DNA of 64,000 nucleotides from Candidatus Heimdallarchaeum endolithica (GTDB taxonomy: Archaea > Asgardarchaeota > Heimdallarchaeia > Heimdallarchaeales > Heimdallarchaeaceae). The stretch lies in the NCBI GenBank assembly GCA_021513715.1, contig CP084167.1, positions 832,001 to 896,000 of the forward strand. Reading direction: 5' to 3'. Below, one piece after another: positions 21,062-31,161 of the stretch. The position numbers and the translations under genes were made by a program. Position 1 is the first letter of the stretch. Every line of letters begins with the position of its first letter. Below the pieces are notes generated by a model. That model made no database searches. It was not told the origin of the DNA and was given only the letters and a program-made list of their open reading frames with translations.

Positions 21062-22165
21062 TTAACTGAAGGCTGATTCTAGTTCTTCTTGTGTTGCAGG
21101 AGGAACTGTCGCTACTTTTAGATTCTCTTTAATATGTTCTTCTTCTTTCATACCAACCAAAGTTGAAACAATACGTGTGTGAGCAGAACGAGAATATTGT
21201 ATAGCTTGTTGAGCTTTTGTCATTAGAAGAGAAAATTTGGGTTGAACAGTTGATTTGAACACTTGTCCTTGAAGTAAGGAAACAGAAGAGAATAAATACA
21301 GGTCAAACTGTTTTGCAGCTTCAGCCAAAGAATATTTAGTATTTTCAATGTACTGGTTTTTTAAACTTACAGCTTGATGGTATATGAAATTCAATGGGAC
21401 TTGAATAAAACGAAAACCGTGATTGTCGCCACCAACTTTTTTAGCAATATTAACTACTTTTTCTAATTGCAAATAATGAGGATGTTTATCTTGAACTCTT
21501 AAACTGTCCCAAGTTGCTAAACCGTACCACCTAATTTTGTTGATATCTCTCATTCTTTCAAAGAAAGAGAAAGCAGCTTCAAGTTTATCATAAAATTCAC
21601 TTGGAGTTACATAATCTAGTTGTGACTCTGCTGCATTATGAAGATATAATAGATCTATAGTAGATACTCTTAGGTTTTTCAATGACTGTTCTAACTGAAA
21701 TTCAAGAAAAGAAGGTGACATTGAGTGTATTCCACCAACAATATCTTCTTTTCTGCAAACATAGCGGTGAATAAGCTCCTCAAATATATATTCATTTAAT
21801 TTTCCATAATATTTTTCTTCAGAAGGAGCTATATATCCATTTTTTGTAGAAATAAAAATTTGTTCTCTGGTTATTGCTTCCTCTGAAATTAACTCTTGCA
21901 GAGCATTACCTATCTCTCTTTCTGCTCTCTGGTTTCTGTAATTTATTGCTGTATCTATAACATTTATTGCTCCTGACTTAATGCAAGTTTTAACAGCGTT
22001 TCTTACTTTAATGTCATCCTCCTCTGTTGGTTGTCCAAGATAAGTTCCTAAACCAATAGAACTTAAGTGGAGGTTAAATACTTCTCTAAAATGCTGTGGA
22101 TGAATATTTTTGCCGGATATAGCTTGCTCTTTATACAAGTTTGTGCCTTCTTCTGTAGCAAACAT
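21062..22165 (-). CDS. Aldo/keto reductase
   Basis: Motifs SSIGLGTY, IDTAINY, ISTKNG and SLKNL...IDLLYLHN. Confidence 0.92.
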   Translation of the reverse strand: MFATEEGTNLYKEQAISGKNIHPQHFREVFNLHLSSIGLGTYLGQPTEEDDIKVRNAVKTCIKSGAINVIDTAINYRNQRAEREIGNALQELISEEAITREQIFISTKNGYIAPSEEKYYGKLNEYIFEELIHRYVCRKEDIVGGIHSMSPSFLEFQLEQSLKNLRVSTIDLLYLHNAAESQLDYVTPSEFYDKLEAAFSFFERMRDINKIRWYGLATWDSLRVQDKHPHYLQLEKVVNIAKKVGGDNHGFRFIQVPLNFIYHQAVSLKNQYIENTKYSLAEAAKQFDLYLFSSVSLLQGQVFKSTVQPKFSLLMTKAQQAIQYSRSAHTRIVSTLVGMKEEEHIKENLKVATVPPATQEELESAFS

Positions 22166-22323
22166 AAAACTACTTTTGTTTTTTTTCTATAAAAGTCTTG
22201 TTCAAAACAAAAAAAGCAAATTGCTAAAAAATTAAGTCAAAACAAAAGACTTATCAAATTTTTTCTCAAATTAAATAAAGAAAGCAATTAGAAGATTGAA
22301 ATTTCTATCAAAAGGTAAATTTA

Positions 22324-23091
22324 ATGAAGAAAAGCTACTTAGAAGTCAAAGCAAGGTTGATTGCAGAAAAAATTCTACAAGCAAAGCACTTTATTGTTTT
22401 AACGGGTGCAGGAATTAGTACAGAGTCAGGAATACCAGACTATAGGGGTGATAATGGAAGATACAAAATTAGAGCACAAGGTAAAGAAGTGAAAGTAAAA
22501 CCATTAGAGGAATTTAAGCCAAATCCTGCACACTATGCGCTAGTTAGATTGCAAGATTTAGGTTTGATAAAATTCATCATATCTCAAAATATAGATGGAT
22601 TACATATTAAATCTGGAATTAAGAAATCAATAATAGCAGAAATACACGGAAATTACTCAATACTTAAGTGTATAGAATGTGATTCAAGGTTTACCAAAAA
22701 AGAAATGAAGTGGGATAATAAAAAATATGGTTGGGGAGCAAGAAGCGCAGAACCTAGCCCTGAACAACCTAAATGTCCAATTTGTGGTGGAAGATTAATT
22801 TCTTCAATTGTTAACTTTAGAGAACCTATGCCTGAAAAAGAGATGAAGTTAGCTAAAGAACATTCCAAAAAATGTGACTTAATGCTTGTTATTGGAACTA
22901 GTTTAAGAGTTTCACCTGCTAACACTCTTCCACGTATTGCAGAGAAAAATGGTTCAGAAGTTTTTATTATTAACCTTAAACCAACAGGATTGGATAACAT
23001 ACTAAAAAATGAAAGAATAAAAGCTAAAGCAGGAGAAATCTTACCCCTAATTGTTGATTATGTAGAAGAGATGATAAAAAATAGCAGTTAA
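22324..23091 (+). CDS. cobB: Sir2-family NAD-dependent protein deacylase
   Basis: Motifs TGAGISTESGIPDYRG, SQNIDGLH, EIHGN, two CxxC Zn ligand pairs and GTSL.VSPA. Confidence 0.92.
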   Translation: MKKSYLEVKARLIAEKILQAKHFIVLTGAGISTESGIPDYRGDNGRYKIRAQGKEVKVKPLEEFKPNPAHYALVRLQDLGLIKFIISQNIDGLHIKSGIKKSIIAEIHGNYSILKCIECDSRFTKKEMKWDNKKYGWGARSAEPSPEQPKCPICGGRLISSIVNFREPMPEKEMKLAKEHSKKCDLMLVIGTSLRVSPANTLPRIAEKNGSEVFIINLKPTGLDNILKNERIKAKAGEILPLIVDYVEEMIKNSS

Positions 23092-23093
23092 AG

Positions 23094-24767
23094 TTAACTA
23101 TCTTGATAAACTATTTCAACATCAACCAATGATGAATAATTAACCTTACAACCCATAAAAGAACAAACTAAAATCAACCCATTTTTAAGTTCAGGAAAAT
23201 TATTCCCAAGCTCATTTAATGTAATCTTTTTTCGTATTTTAATGAACTCCTTTAATTTTTCATATTTTATTTGTGTAATTATTCCATATTTTGGAACAAA
23301 AACAAGATCATTTTCATCTATTTTTTCTTTGATTTGTTCATACTCCATGATTTTCTTGATATTATCAACAGAATAAAGACCAAGCTCATCAGCTATTTGA
23401 TTAATTTCCATTACTTCATTTTTAGAGGAGATTAATTTACATATTTCAGAAAATTTTGTTATTATTGTTTCTATTCTTTCATTTATATCAGAATATTTAG
23501 ATTCTAGCAGATTATGCAACGTTAAACTTGGAATTTTGTTCTTTTTATAGTAAATAATATCTACTTTTCCCTTCAGATCATTGAAATGAGACTCTAGTTT
23601 TTTATCTACAAGATAGACTATAGGAAGGTCAGTTTTTGCTATTTCTAGTATTTTTGTTCTCTTTTTATGAATGTATTTTTCTGTATAGAAACCTACAATC
23701 TCAAGATAAACTTTTTTTCCTCCTCTTTTGATTGTAAAATCTGGAACAAAGATTTTATCAGCTAAAAAAATAGTTTCTGGTTCTGCTGTAGCTGTCCATC
23801 CTTTATTATTTTGCCATTGAGATAAGAAAATTTTTTCAATTTCAGAGTCTACTTCAATTTGCTTTTCTTGCTCTCCTTCTACAATAATTGAGTCTGATTT
23901 TCCAAAAGGGAGAGGAGGAGGATTGAAAGAGTCTAATTGAAAAATTAAATTCCTTTTTCTTGGCCTTACTACACTCTCTAGCTTAAATTGAATGTTTTCT
24001 AAAAAGCAATATTTTATTATAAATAGAGCAACTGAAGTAATATTTTTACCCCATGTTGAAGCTCCTTCAAAAAATTCTGTTGGAGGTTCAATTTTCACAG
24101 AATAGGGAAAGTCAGTGTCATTTTTTTTCAATATTTCAGACCAAACATAATTAGCTTTAGAAAGAAAAATTATTCTTTTTGAAAAACCTCCAGGTAAGGA
24201 GGAAAGATTTATTGAAACATTTAAAGAAAAATTAAGCAAGGTTTCAATTAGGTCATAATTATATTCTTCCACCAGTTTTTTTGAATCAACTTCATTTTCT
24301 ACAACTTTAGTCAATATTTTCTCGTGTTCTTTGTCAGCATAAAGCAAATTAACTATATCTTGTTCAGAGATATTTTTTTCTTTCTTTATTTTTTGCAAAA
24401 AGCTTTTTCTTTTCTCTTTACTTACAAAACCCTCTTGGTAGAACCTATTTACAAAATCAAACACTATTTCTCTGAATTTTTCTATAGTTCCTATGTTCAA
24501 ATTTTCAATGTTTATTGGAGGTTTCTGAAAAGAAAAATATCTTCTTGAAGATATTAGTAGTGCATCAGAAATTTTTTCTGAAGGGAAGATTTCATTTAAA
24601 ACCTTAAAATTAATGTCTCTTCTTTTTTTACCTATATTTTTTTCTAAGAAATTTATTATAACTTGTACTTTATTTTCACTTGTATATGTGAGGTAATAAG
24701 GGATTATCTGAATTTTCTTGTTTGTTTTTCTAGTTTCATACTCAATTTTCGATAAAGCTAATCTCAC
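23094..24767 (-). CDS. bax1: DUF790-family (Bax1) endonuclease
   Basis: PD-(D/E)xK-like VPDF...YLEIVGFYT..Y..KK; immediately downstream of XPB. Confidence 0.85.
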   Translation of the reverse strand: MRLALSKIEYETRKTNKKIQIIPYYLTYTSENKVQVIINFLEKNIGKKRRDINFKVLNEIFPSEKISDALLISSRRYFSFQKPPINIENLNIGTIEKFREIVFDFVNRFYQEGFVSKEKRKSFLQKIKKEKNISEQDIVNLLYADKEHEKILTKVVENEVDSKKLVEEYNYDLIETLLNFSLNVSINLSSLPGGFSKRIIFLSKANYVWSEILKKNDTDFPYSVKIEPPTEFFEGASTWGKNITSVALFIIKYCFLENIQFKLESVVRPRKRNLIFQLDSFNPPPLPFGKSDSIIVEGEQEKQIEVDSEIEKIFLSQWQNNKGWTATAEPETIFLADKIFVPDFTIKRGGKKVYLEIVGFYTEKYIHKKRTKILEIAKTDLPIVYLVDKKLESHFNDLKGKVDIIYYKKNKIPSLTLHNLLESKYSDINERIETIITKFSEICKLISSKNEVMEINQIADELGLYSVDNIKKIMEYEQIKEKIDENDLVFVPKYGIITQIKYEKLKEFIKIRKKITLNELGNNFPELKNGLILVCSFMGCKVNYSSLVDVEIVYQDS

Positions 24768-24781
24768 TTTAACCCCTTCTC

Positions 24782-26188
24782 CTAAATAATTTCACTTTTC
24801 TTTCTCCTCTTTGCAGTTGATATTTCTAGACTACCTGAAGTTACAAGCTCATATAATTTCACTTTCTTCGTTTTTGGCCTTAAAAGTCTCCCTAAACGCT
24901 GGATAAACTGTCTTGACTGTCCAGAACCACTAACTATTATTCCAACATTAGCTTCTTTTACATCTAATCCTTCATCCAAAACTTTACCTGTAACAAGCTT
25001 TGAATACTTTCCTTCCTTGAATTTCTCGAGAATATTATTTCTTTCTGAGCTCTTTGTTTCATGAGTAATTGAAGGGATAACAAAATTTTTACTTATCATA
25101 TAAACCATATCGTTAAATTCGCTAAAAATGATTACCCGATCATTTTTATGCCTTTTAAGTAATTCTTCTATCACATCTAATTTAGACTGAGAAGAATAGA
25201 CAATTGAACGTGCTTTCCTATGGGCTTCTAAAGCCTTTTTTGCTTCAGGATCAACATTTACTCTAAAGACTAAATAACGTTCGTAATCCTTTGGTGATCT
25301 TATCTGAATTTTCCTTTTTCTTAAATACGAGCGGTAGATATTCATATACTTTTCATACTGCATCTGTTCTTCTTGAAGTAAATCAACTTCAATCGTTTCT
25401 AAATCAAATTTTGAAACAAAACCTTCATCCACTAAATCTGAAATAGTAGAAACAATTATTTGAGGGCCGATTAGGGAATAGAGTTCTTTTTCGCCGCTAT
25501 CAGCTCTATCAGGTGTAGCTGTCAATCCTAATCTGTAAGGGGCTGGGAATCCCTCTGCTATCTTAATTGTTTTTTCTGCAGGAAGATGATGAACTTCATC
25601 AAAAATAATAAACGAGAAATGTTTTCTTAAAGAATTAATATTTTGCCTTGCACTTGCATAAGTTGTTACTGTAATGTCTCTAATTTCCTTAATGTTGTCA
25701 CCAAACTGACCAACCATATCTCTTGTCAGTGAAGTGTATTCTAAAATCGCTTTTATCCACTGCTCTAAAAGATTAATAACTGGAACAACAATCAAAGTTT
25801 TTTGTTTTATTCTTTCTAAAGCTGAAAGTCCCACAATTGTTTTTCCTGCAGCTGTGGGTAAAATAACCACTCCTCTATTTTTATTTAGAACAAATTTCGT
25901 CAAAGCTTCTTTTTGATAATCTCTAAGCTGAACTTTAAGTTTAAGAGCTTGTTTGTAATCATCTGATAAATTAATATCTTCCAATATTGTAGAATAAACA
26001 GCAAACCCTTCTCTTTTTAGTTTTTCAACTATTTTAGGATATAGAAAAGGAAGGGCTCGATATTCATTTTCAACTTTCTTACTTGGTTTAAGTATTTTTG
26101 ACCATTTTTTTAATTCTAAAGGTTGTGATGTTTGAATAATTAAATCAAAAGCAAGTCCTAGTTTTACTTCAGCTTCTTTTTTATTCAT
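24782..26188 (-). CDS. xpb: XPB/Rad25 DNA repair helicase (SF2)
   Basis: Motifs LRDYQ, LPTAAGKT, DEVHH, LGLTATP, LDEGLD and QRLGRLLR. Confidence 0.9.
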   Translation of the reverse strand: MNKKEAEVKLGLAFDLIIQTSQPLELKKWSKILKPSKKVENEYRALPFLYPKIVEKLKREGFAVYSTILEDINLSDDYKQALKLKVQLRDYQKEALTKFVLNKNRGVVILPTAAGKTIVGLSALERIKQKTLIVVPVINLLEQWIKAILEYTSLTRDMVGQFGDNIKEIRDITVTTYASARQNINSLRKHFSFIIFDEVHHLPAEKTIKIAEGFPAPYRLGLTATPDRADSGEKELYSLIGPQIIVSTISDLVDEGFVSKFDLETIEVDLLQEEQMQYEKYMNIYRSYLRKRKIQIRSPKDYERYLVFRVNVDPEAKKALEAHRKARSIVYSSQSKLDVIEELLKRHKNDRVIIFSEFNDMVYMISKNFVIPSITHETKSSERNNILEKFKEGKYSKLVTGKVLDEGLDVKEANVGIIVSGSGQSRQFIQRLGRLLRPKTKKVKLYELVTSGSLEISTAKRRKKSEII

Positions 26189-26339
26189 AATTTATCTCTC
26201 TACACCTAATTCAAGTAAAAATAACTATAAAAATATGACTAGAATTACTTTTTCTTTTTAATTGAAATTAATATGACTTTTCAAAAGAATAGCTTTATTA
26301 AAGCCTTGTTTCAATGAATTTCAAGAAGAGGAAGTCAAA

Positions 26340-27185
26340 ATGGTAACTGATGATAATATATCTTATTCAGATTACTCTATAGATGAAAAGTACACAGTTA
26401 AAGCAACTAATCTTGTAAAAAGATTTGGTAATTTAATTGCAGTGAATAATCTTACTTTTAAAGTGAGAAAAGGAGAAATTTTTGGTCTTTTAGGTCCAAA
26501 TGGTGCAGGAAAAACAACTACAGTAAAAATGATTCTAGGATTGTTAGAACCAGATGAGGGAGAAATTAAAGTGTTTGACCTTCATCCAGAAAAAGATGAA
26601 ATTGAGGTTAAAAAAAGAGTAGGATATGTTTCAGAAGAGCCTTTGATTTATCGTTCAATGACCGCTAGACAATTATTTAATTTCGTAGGTTCTCTAAGAA
26701 ATTTAGATCCAGAAGAAACAAGCCAAAAACTTTATTCTTTATTGGAAAGCTTTGAAGCTTTGCCTTATTATGATAAACTAATTGCTACTCTTTCAAGAGG
26801 AAATAAGCAAAAAATGCAAGTTATTGCTTCTTTAATTCATGATCCAGACTTACTTATCATGGATGAACCTCTTACTGGATTAGATGCTAAATCTGCTAAA
26901 GTGTTAAAAGAAATCTTAGAAATGCATAAAGAAAAAGGAGGATCAGTTATCCTTTCTACTCATATTTTGGAAATTGCTGAAGAGCTTTGTGATAGAATAG
27001 CAATAATTGATCATGGGAGATTAATAGCTTTAGGAACAGTAGAAGAATTGTCACATTTAGCCAACAAAGTAGGAGCAGATCTAGAAGATATCTTTCTTAG
27101 ATTAACAAATCAAGATGAATCAGTAGATAAAATAGTTGAAAAATTGAGAAAATCCATGAAAAATGGTAAAATTGTTAAAAAGTAA
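26340..27185 (+). CDS. ABC transporter ATP-binding subunit (ABC-2 exporter type)
   Basis: Walker A GPNGAGKTT, signature LSRG, MDEP and STH. Confidence 0.95.
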   Translation: MVTDDNISYSDYSIDEKYTVKATNLVKRFGNLIAVNNLTFKVRKGEIFGLLGPNGAGKTTTVKMILGLLEPDEGEIKVFDLHPEKDEIEVKKRVGYVSEEPLIYRSMTARQLFNFVGSLRNLDPEETSQKLYSLLESFEALPYYDKLIATLSRGNKQKMQVIASLIHDPDLLIMDEPLTGLDAKSAKVLKEILEMHKEKGGSVILSTHILEIAEELCDRIAIIDHGRLIALGTVEELSHLANKVGADLEDIFLRLTNQDESVDKIVEKLRKSMKNGKIVKK

Positions 27186-28935
27186 AGGGATGAAGATGTC
27201 TAATCTATTGTCATTGTACAAGTTATCTAAAAGCGTTTATCGTGAATCAATTTTATATTCACAATTAGAATCATCGGGAAGTAACTATACGAAGTTATTG
27301 GAAAGAATAGGGAAAAATCCAAAAATAATTTCTTCTCAACCAAAGGTAATGAAATTTTTGACTTCCTTTTACATTATTTTTTTAACTATAATTCCTGTAA
27401 GAGCTATAACATCAATCAACAGTATACTGCACAACAATTTTCCTTCTCACACTCAAATACCACAACAATGGATAGTTCTTATTGGAAGCATTTTAAATAG
27501 TTCTTTTTTACTGTTAGAACTCTTTGTTTTGATTATTTTTTCGATTATGATGACATGGGGATTATTTTCTCCACAGATATATTCTTGGCCACAAACACTC
27601 CCACTCAGGAAAAAGGACATTGAAAAATTGAGTCTTCTGACTTTTATTAGAGGAATCAATGTTCAATTACTATTTATGATACTTGTATTACCTTTAGGAA
27701 TAGCTATTGGTATTTTCATTAACATTACACTTTATTCTCCAAAAACAACTTTCTTGCTAATTTTTGTCTCTCTTATTATATCGATAATAACTTCTTTTTT
27801 TAATTTAGGTGTTGTTGTTTTTATATCAAAAAAGATGTCTATTTTGATGGAGGAAAAAGAAGATAATTCAAAAAGATCCTCAATAATAAAAGCTATAATC
27901 ACTCTTCTTTATTTGATTTCCTCAATGACATTAATGTATTTCATTCAAATTGCTATTGATAAGATTCCAAATTTTTTCACTAAAGTTCTTCTATCTAGTG
28001 AACAATCGTTATTATTTAACAATATTCTAAGTTTTATTCCCTTTCCCTTCTCTGGAGGATACTTAATAACCATTTTAGCTACAAACCATTCATTATATTT
28101 TTCTCCTATTACAATCTTGGGTTCTATAATTGGATTGTTTCTATTTACAATCCTTACTTATATTCTATTAAAATACTCTGTAAGCATACTTTTGAAAACT
28201 TCTAGAACAAAATCATCCTTTAAAAAAGAAAAAGAAAAAGAAAACTTACAAGAAACATCTGTTCAAGTAAATGTTACTTCTCCTCTTAAAGCTTTTATAA
28301 AGCGTGATCTGTCAATAATTTCAAGAGATTTGCAATTGATAATGGTATTTGTTATGCCAATAATAATTCCTATTTTCGCTATTATAACTGATATAGAAGA
28401 CAATGTTCTATTAAACGAATATGGACTTACAGCTTCTTTTATCTCGATCATATTTTATGTTGCTCTAACAACATATATGATTATTACAGGTATAACAAAT
28501 ATTGAATCAGGAGGAGAAACAATCACGTCATCAATACCAATAAAAACAAGAGATCAAATCAAAAGTAAATTGCCTTATTTCTTTAGTACAATATTGTTAG
28601 CTTACCTAATCTGGAATTTGTTTTTCATTAATAGCGAGCTTTTTCCCAAAATGATTACCTTTAGCCTTATTTATCTTCCCGCAATACCTTTAGCTGGAAT
28701 AAGTGGGTTTTTCTTCAAGATATTCCTCTTTGGAAAGCTAAAATACAAGTACGTGGTAGAAGAAATAAAAACCGAGCATCGTTTAGCTAAGCATTTTGTT
28801 TCATTTCTTTTCGTTTTAATAGTTCTTTTACTTTACATTGGTCTTTCTTTTCTGGGTTATTGGGCTTTAGGAATAGGAGAAATAGTTTATTCTATTCTTT
28901 TGATTTTTGTATTCAATTATATGTTTCCAAAGTAG
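27163..28935 (+). CDS. ABC exporter permease (multi-TM)
   Basis: About 12-14 TM helices; overlaps the ATPase gene. Confidence 0.75.
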   Translation: MVKLLKSKGMKMSNLLSLYKLSKSVYRESILYSQLESSGSNYTKLLERIGKNPKIISSQPKVMKFLTSFYIIFLTIIPVRAITSINSILHNNFPSHTQIPQQWIVLIGSILNSSFLLLELFVLIIFSIMMTWGLFSPQIYSWPQTLPLRKKDIEKLSLLTFIRGINVQLLFMILVLPLGIAIGIFINITLYSPKTTFLLIFVSLIISIITSFFNLGVVVFISKKMSILMEEKEDNSKRSSIIKAIITLLYLISSMTLMYFIQIAIDKIPNFFTKVLLSSEQSLLFNNILSFIPFPFSGGYLITILATNHSLYFSPITILGSIIGLFLFTILTYILLKYSVSILLKTSRTKSSFKKEKEKENLQETSVQVNVTSPLKAFIKRDLSIISRDLQLIMVFVMPIIIPIFAIITDIEDNVLLNEYGLTASFISIIFYVALTTYMIITGITNIESGGETITSSIPIKTRDQIKSKLPYFFSTILLAYLIWNLFFINSELFPKMITFSLIYLPAIPLAGISGFFFKIFLFGKLKYKYVVEEIKTEHRLAKHFVSFLFVLIVLLLYIGLSFLGYWALGIGEIVYSILLIFVFNYMFPK

Positions 28936-29007
28936 AATACTCTATTTTTAATTTTTTATTTTAGTTTATTAGAAACCAATAAAAACTTACATTAGATTAG
29001 TTTATTA

Positions 29008-30192
29008 ATGACTAAGATAGAGAAATTTTATGGTACTGCTTGGTGCAAAGATTGTAAACAAGCAAAAGCATTTTTAGCTAAACATAGAATAGAATATGAC
29101 TACATAGATATAGATTATGATGAAGAATCTTCTGAAATAGTGAAAAAACTAAATAAAGGTAAACGTAAAGTCCCCACTATAACTTTTGATGATGGCTCAT
29201 TTTTAGTTGAACCTTCAGATGCAGAACTAGCAGAGAAGCTTGGTTTAATTCCAAAAATAGAGAAAGAAGGATATGATTTAATAATAATTGGTGGTGGCCC
29301 TGCAGCTCTTACTTGTGCGATATATACCTCACGTGAAGGAATGTCAACACTTGTTCTTGAAAAGGGTTCTTTTGGAGGGCAAATGGGTTTCACAAATAAA
29401 ATCGACAACTATCCCGGTTTTCCTGAAGGGATAACTGGTAAAGAACTGGCTGAGAAATTTTTTCTCCATGCTAAAAGATTTGGTGCAGAACTTGTTAATG
29501 CTATTGAAGTTCAAAATGTTACCAAACTTGAAGATGGTTTTTTTGAAACAACTACTTCAACAGGTTTTAAGATTAAATCAAAAGCTGTTGTAATCGCAAC
29601 AGGAACAACTTATCGGTCTTTAGGTGTTCCAGGAGAAGAGATACTTTTAGGTTATAAAATCCATTTTTGTGCTACTTGTGATGGCCCTTTCTATAAAGGA
29701 AAACATATTCTGGTAATTGGCGGAGGTAACAGTGCTTTTGAAGAATCTATGTTTTTAGCAAAATTTGCAGAGAAGGTTACGATTATTGAGATTATGGATC
29801 ATTTTAATGCTTCAAAAATAATTCAAGATAAAGCTTTGTCAAATCCTAAAATAGAAGCTTTTACTAGTTATGAAACCAAAGAATTTGTTGTAGGAGAGAG
29901 GAAAACACTCGAGTCTGTTGTCTGTTTTGATAGAGCGAACAATAAAGAAGTGATTCTTAAACCTGATGCAGTTTTTGAATATGTTGGACTAAAACCAAAC
30001 ATTGAACCAGTAAAAGATATTGTAGAGTTAGATAAAAATGGCTTCATTAAAACAGATGAGCACTTTATGACTTCAGTTAAAGGTCTATTCGCTACAGGAG
30101 ATTGTAGAGGAGGATCAATCCAACAAGTAACTGCTGCTACAGGAGAGGGTACTGCAGTAGCACTTCATATAAGAGAATTTCTAAATTTATAG
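29008..30192 (+). CDS. trxB: Thioredoxin reductase with N-terminal glutaredoxin (NrdH/mycoredoxin-like) domain
   Basis: WCKDC...VPT Grx domain; GGGPA, CATCDG, GGGNSA and ATGD. Confidence 0.88.
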   Translation: MTKIEKFYGTAWCKDCKQAKAFLAKHRIEYDYIDIDYDEESSEIVKKLNKGKRKVPTITFDDGSFLVEPSDAELAEKLGLIPKIEKEGYDLIIIGGGPAALTCAIYTSREGMSTLVLEKGSFGGQMGFTNKIDNYPGFPEGITGKELAEKFFLHAKRFGAELVNAIEVQNVTKLEDGFFETTTSTGFKIKSKAVVIATGTTYRSLGVPGEEILLGYKIHFCATCDGPFYKGKHILVIGGGNSAFEESMFLAKFAEKVTIIEIMDHFNASKIIQDKALSNPKIEAFTSYETKEFVVGERKTLESVVCFDRANNKEVILKPDAVFEYVGLKPNIEPVKDIVELDKNGFIKTDEHFMTSVKGLFATGDCRGGSIQQVTAATGEGTAVALHIREFLNL

Positions 30193-30253
30193 AAGAAAAA
30201 AGTGTAATTAAGTCTTAAAAAACTTTTAATATTTTTTTATTATCTTTATTACT

Positions 30254-31105
30254 ATGGCTAAAGGCAAAGACATTGAACAAATTTTAGAATCAGTGGTTAA
30301 AATTGCAGACACCCTATCAGAACTGAAATCAAGTATTGAAGTCCAATTGGATGTACAGAAGAAGGATAACACAAAAAAAATAACAGATCTTAAAGAAGAT
30401 TTAAAGCAATATATCAACGATACTGAAAAGAATTTTAACAATAAAATAATGGATATTTCAGAATTAATTATTTCCAGATCAAATTTACAAGATAAAAAAA
30501 TTGAGGAATTAAAAAATGAAATTTCTAATTCTAGTTCTCATTTAGAAGAAATGAATAAAATGATAGAAAAAAAAGAAGAGGAAATAAAAAGATTAAACAC
30601 TCTTTTAGATGAAAAAGAAGCTCTAATTTCTCAATTAAAAGAAAAACAAGTAATGATTGAAAAAGATCTTGAAGCAAAGATGAGAGAATTTAACAACTTA
30701 AAATTAGAAACTGAGCAACTTAACGTTGAAAATACTGACTTATCTTCTAAAGTAATAGATTTAGAAAGACAACTAAAAGATAAAAAAGAGGAACTAGAAA
30801 AGATTAAACAAGAAAAAGAACAATTAAAAGAAGAGAAAGAAAAAAGTATTGCACAGGAGAAAGAGTTCCAAGAAACAAAAAGAGAGGAGCAATCTTCACT
30901 TTTAAGGATATTATTAAATTCTACAGACCATGGAAGAGTGTTTCTAGCTTTACAAGACTCTAAATCAAATAGTCTTACTCTAGACGAGTTAACAGCAATT
31001 TTGAATTCATCTGCAGTCGAAGTAAAAAGAGCAGTAAGTTTCATGCATGAGATTGGTGTCGTAATATACAAACCAGAATCAAGAAGAGTAATACTAGCTT
31101 CTTAA
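30254..31105 (+). CDS. Coiled-coil protein with C-terminal winged-HTH-like domain
   Basis: Heptad-rich E/K/L region; C-terminal LTLDELTAILNSSAVEVKRAVSFMHEIGVV. Confidence 0.6.
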   Translation: MAKGKDIEQILESVVKIADTLSELKSSIEVQLDVQKKDNTKKITDLKEDLKQYINDTEKNFNNKIMDISELIISRSNLQDKKIEELKNEISNSSSHLEEMNKMIEKKEEEIKRLNTLLDEKEALISQLKEKQVMIEKDLEAKMREFNNLKLETEQLNVENTDLSSKVIDLERQLKDKKEELEKIKQEKEQLKEEKEKSIAQEKEFQETKREEQSSLLRILLNSTDHGRVFLALQDSKSNSLTLDELTAILNSSAVEVKRAVSFMHEIGVVIYKPESRRVILAS

Positions 31106-31161
31106 ATCAAAAAAACTGAAAAATTGAATAATAAAAAAATAAAATTTGAGTAAGAAAATAG

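Noticed and set aside
22324-26188. Sir2 plus nuclease plus helicase as an anti-phage defence system
   Set aside because: The sirtuin is a canonical Zn-binding CobB-type deacylase, convergent to a standard archaeal XPB-Bax1 repair pair; it is not a defence-type SIR2 operon.
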